IMG/VR virus record: IMGVR_UViG_3300042922_000265
Location: 103,374-167,373 of that record
Length of the DNA stretch: 64,000 nucleotides
Source of the DNA: a virus
Direction: 5' to 3' (one strand)
In this document: piece after piece, positions 60,997 to 64,000 of the stretch
Numbering within the stretch: the first letter of the stretch is position 1
Layout: every line of letters begins with the position of its first letter
The notes under the pieces: model-generated
The model's database searches: none
Told to the model about the DNA's origin: nothing
The model's input: only the letters and a program-made list of their open reading frames with translations
Position numbers and translations under genes: made by a program

Positions 60997-63900
60997 CAGC
61001 CGGTCACCGTCACTCGCCACTGTCCCGACGTCGGAGGCACAGCAAACTCAGCGCTGATGGTGTTGACGCCGGTAGGACGCCATCCGACCAAGACAGCGTC
61101 ACCGCTGCTCTTATCGCGGAAGGTGGCTTGCACATCCAGGCTGTTCAGGCTGTGGGTGATGGTCGCAACCGTGGAGCCTGCAGGCACGTCGCCTGCGAAC
61201 TTGCGGGTGGCCACCAGGGGGTCCAGACGAGCCTGGCCGCCACTGATGATGATGCCGCCGCCGGTTGCTGGGTCCAGCTGGAAGTCGCTGCCGATCTTCT
61301 TGACGCCGTTGCTGGCGGTGAAACTGGTGGCCGCGCCTGCGGTGAGAACCTTGGTCCAGTTGTTGGCATTGGTGCCGATCACGCCGGGGTTGTTGGTCTG
61401 CTGCCAGATGGTCTGGGCATGGGCGGCACCCTTGTCCACGATGATCTGAGTGCCCTTGACTAAGTACTGGCCCGCCGCCATGTCAGCCACGCGAGTCCAG
61501 GCACCCGTGTTGACGGTGTACAGGCCGTTGTTGGCCGAGCTGGACTGGGCGGTGAGCAGGACGATGGAGCCCACGGGGACCAGGGTGCCGTCGATGCTCT
61601 GCTGACCGGAGAGGCTGGCCACGGCGCTGCTGGCGCAGTAGTCCGCACGCGGCCTGTTCGAGGCTGCCTCGTTGATCTGGGCGTAGACGTCAGCAGGGCT
61701 GGTCTTGCCTGCCAGGCCCGAGGACAGCGCGGCGGTGGACGCCTTGCTGGCGAGCTGGGTGTCCAGACCAGTGACCTCGGACGTGGCGATAGGTGCCGAG
61801 GAGCTACGTGCACCGACGTCAGCGGCAGACAGCACTACGGTGCCAGACTGACCGTTGACCGTCTGCACCGCGTCATCGGGCGCAGCGAGCTTGACCCAGT
61901 TGCCGAACACCGTCGGGTCGGTGTTGTTGAGGATGTAGGAGCCCTTGTCGGCAGTGGCCGTGATGACGGCGACGTCACCGGGCTGCACCTGGCTGGTGGT
62001 CAGCGCCAGCATGGCGTTGCGGTTTGCCACCGGGAAGACGTTGGTCAGGGCCACCGATGGCAACTGGTTGCTCGGGACCTTGCCGTCGACCAGGTCCGCC
62101 TTGATGGCCAGGGCCGCATTGAGACCGGTGATCTTGTCGATGCCGAGATCAGGCAGCTGAGCCAGCGGCACCTTGCCGCCGACCAGATCCACCTTGGCGT
62201 CCAAGGCAGCCTGCAGGCCGTCAATACCCGCGATGGGCAGCAGTGGGACCTGGTTGACCGGAACCTTGCCTGCGACCAGGTCTGCCTTGCCTGTCTGCAA
62301 CCCTCCTACAAGGTCACTGAGCGTGCTGACCGAACTAGTGGACGCCTTACCATCCACTTCGCTCTCAAGCGCCTCCAGATCGCTCTGTAGAGCCCTATCA
62401 GCCACCTGAGTAGCCAACGTGTCTACCTGGCTCTGGCTAGCCTTGGTGGCCACTGAATCAGCCACGCCATTGAGCGCGGTGATGGACGCCTTGGTGTCCA
62501 CGATGGCGGCCAGGTCGCTCAGAGCCGCCAGAGACGCCTTGGTGTTGATCGCGGCGTTGGCGATGTCCAGATCCGCCTGAGTGGCCGCAGCGTCCACCAG
62601 AACGGCCAGCGCGTCCAGAGCGGCCTCGGTGGCCAGCGGTTCGTCCTCCGGCGCGCTCTCGTTGCGCTGAATGAACTTCAGATGCCCGTTCGGGGTCAGG
62701 TATGGCCAGACCGCCTCACCGGGGTCCGCACCAGCCGGGTTGTAGTAGTAGTTGGTGCCATCGTTGCCGAACGGACTGCGCAGCAGGACCGTGGACAAGT
62801 CGGTGGTCAGACCTCCGGCATTGAACCAAACCGTCTTCGCCGAGCCGCCCGAGCCACCGCTGCCTGGCTCCAGGTCCTCCAGCTGCTGCTCGACAGAGCT
62901 GATGCGCCCGTCCAGGTCGCTGGTGGATGTCAGGGCGTTGTTGGTCAAGATCGCCTGCAGCCCTGTCACGTCGGCGATCGGGATGTTGACCCCCGCAGCG
63001 CGGGCACCGATCGACGCGGGCGTAATCGCGTCAGATCCGCCGGTAGCGTGGCTTGCCGCGTGCGCTACGGGGGTTCTCGGGTTGGTCAGTGCCGGGTCAG
63101 TGTTCAGGACCCGTTCGGCGAGGGCTTCCGGCAGTCCGTCGACATCCTCGATGTCGAGCGTGCCACCTCCGCCAAGGTTGAGAACGGTGCCGTCCTTCTT
63201 GGCCACCAGATTATTGACGGTGACGAAAGCCACGTCGTTGGGCATGGCCGACTTAGCGATAAGTCCGCCGGTCGTACGCACGATGGTGGCGTCAGTCTCC
63301 AGGTTCTGCAGACGCGCATTGATCGCGTTGGTGACGGTGACGTCAGTCTTGAGGACCAGGGCAGCGCCCAGGTCGGAGATGTCAGCCAGCGGCACCGGAG
63401 AGCTGGCACTGCGGGCACCCACGTCGGCTGCCGAGAGAACCACCGCGCCGGTCTGGCCGTTGACCGTGAGCACGGTGGCGCTGACCTGGAAACGGACCCA
63501 GTTGTTGAGGTTGGACGCCGGGGTGGCGTTGAGGAAGAAGATGCCGTCCGGGCGCACCGCGAAGTCACCAGGCTGGATCTGCGAACTGGTGAGGGCCAAC
63601 ATGGCGGCCTCGTTGGCCACCGGCACAGCCTTGCCCAGGGCGACATCAGGCAGCTGACTGGAGGGGATCTTGCCTCCGACCAGATCCGCCTTGGCGAGCA
63701 TCTCGGTCTCGACGTCATCGATCAGCGCGTTGAGCCCTGCGACCTGAGCATTGGTGCTGGTCTGCAGATTGGTCAACGAGGTGTTCAGCGCCGTGACAGC
63801 GGCCTGCCGCTGAGCCTTCTCGGTGATGTCGGCGTTCTGCAGCTGGCCGACAGCCTGGCTCAGGCTGGCAGCAGTGGACTGGTAGACCTGAGTGATCTGG

Positions 63901-64000
63901 TCTTGAATCTGCTGCTGCAGAGAGGTACGCAGCAGGCTGTCCGCGCTCTGGCGCGCGACGATCTCGGCCTCCAGGTTGCCCTGGACCACGGCGGCGGACT
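60996..64000 (-). CDS. Long tail-fibre-like protein, 5' end outside window
   Basis: Four K(A/V)DLV.GK(I/V)P..Q.P repeats, duplicated VNGQ.G.VVLSAADVGARS module, coiled coil; frame is open to the window edge. Confidence 0.8.
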   Translation of the reverse strand, partial: SAAVVQGNLEAEIVARQSADSLLRTSLQQQIQDQITQVYQSTAASLSQAVGQLQNADITEKAQRQAAVTALNTSLTNLQTSTNAQVAGLNALIDDVETEMLAKADLVGGKIPSSQLPDVALGKAVPVANEAAMLALTSSQIQPGDFAVRPDGIFFLNATPASNLNNWVRFQVSATVLTVNGQTGAVVLSAADVGARSASSPVPLADISDLGAALVLKTDVTVTNAINARLQNLETDATIVRTTGGLIAKSAMPNDVAFVTVNNLVAKKDGTVLNLGGGGTLDIEDVDGLPEALAERVLNTDPALTNPRTPVAHAASHATGGSDAITPASIGARAAGVNIPIADVTGLQAILTNNALTSTSDLDGRISSVEQQLEDLEPGSGGSGGSAKTVWFNAGGLTTDLSTVLLRSPFGNDGTNYYYNPAGADPGEAVWPYLTPNGHLKFIQRNESAPEDEPLATEAALDALAVLVDAAATQADLDIANAAINTKASLAALSDLAAIVDTKASITALNGVADSVATKASQSQVDTLATQVADRALQSDLEALESEVDGKASTSSVSTLSDLVGGLQTGKADLVAGKVPVNQVPLLPIAGIDGLQAALDAKVDLVGGKVPLAQLPDLGIDKITGLNAALAIKADLVDGKVPSNQLPSVALTNVFPVANRNAMLALTTSQVQPGDVAVITATADKGSYILNNTDPTVFGNWVKLAAPDDAVQTVNGQSGTVVLSAADVGARSSSAPIATSEVTGLDTQLASKASTAALSSGLAGKTSPADVYAQINEAASNRPRADYCASSAVASLSGQQSIDGTLVPVGSIVLLTAQSSSANNGLYTVNTGAWTRVADMAAGQYLVKGTQIIVDKGAAHAQTIWQQTNNPGVIGTNANNWTKVLTAGAATSFTASNGVKKIGSDFQLDPATGGGIIISGGQARLDPLVATRKFAGDVPAGSTVATITHSLNSLDVQATFRDKSSGDAVLVGWRPTGVNTISAEFAVPPTSGQWRVTVTG

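Noticed and set aside
15-63657. Long plus-strand ORFs (e.g. 3902-5329, 8147-9490, 11339-12907, 45796-47355, 53686-54996, 56376-57773)
   Set aside because: They are antisense shadows of recognisable minus-strand genes in GC-rich DNA, with no motifs of their own.
1-64000. Integrase, transposase, intron/intein, lysin B, portal or capsid genes
   Set aside because: No recognisable motifs were found in this window; they may lie elsewhere in the genome.

Overview
A 64-kb segment of a large, GC-rich actinobacteriophage, most likely a mycobacteriophage with cluster-C/myovirus-like gene content; this assignment is inferred, not searched. All credible genes are on the minus strand. In transcription order (right to left) the window holds tail fibre/minor tail genes, lysin A, holin and terminase large subunit, then about 50 kb of accessory genes. 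These include a ClpC N-domain protein, phosphoesterases, a K+ channel, a PRPP-synthetase-like/AAA/NAMPT-like NAD module, a nucleotidyltransferase, HIT, vWA, NADAR, CCA-adding enzyme, two Pth2, DUF2786 plus a HEXXH protein, PnuC-NadR, DUF932, NrdH and a double-GNAT protein. They are followed by a Leu/Ser tRNA cluster and a large low-complexity gene running off the left edge. The most unusual content is non-coding. (1) Downstream of Pth2, three 34-nt ACCA-ending minihelices alternate with anticodon-less tRNA-like RNAs and a CUA tRNA (2090-2556). (2) A second cluster of aberrant tRNA-like RNAs lies at 29115-29655. (3) A promoter-driven ~380-nt RNA with a long terminal stem is followed by another tRNA-like element (34192-34818). 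(4) About 17 SigA-like promoters carry a conserved TTCTAG spacer box and mostly drive leaderless small genes. All folds and domain calls were made by eye.
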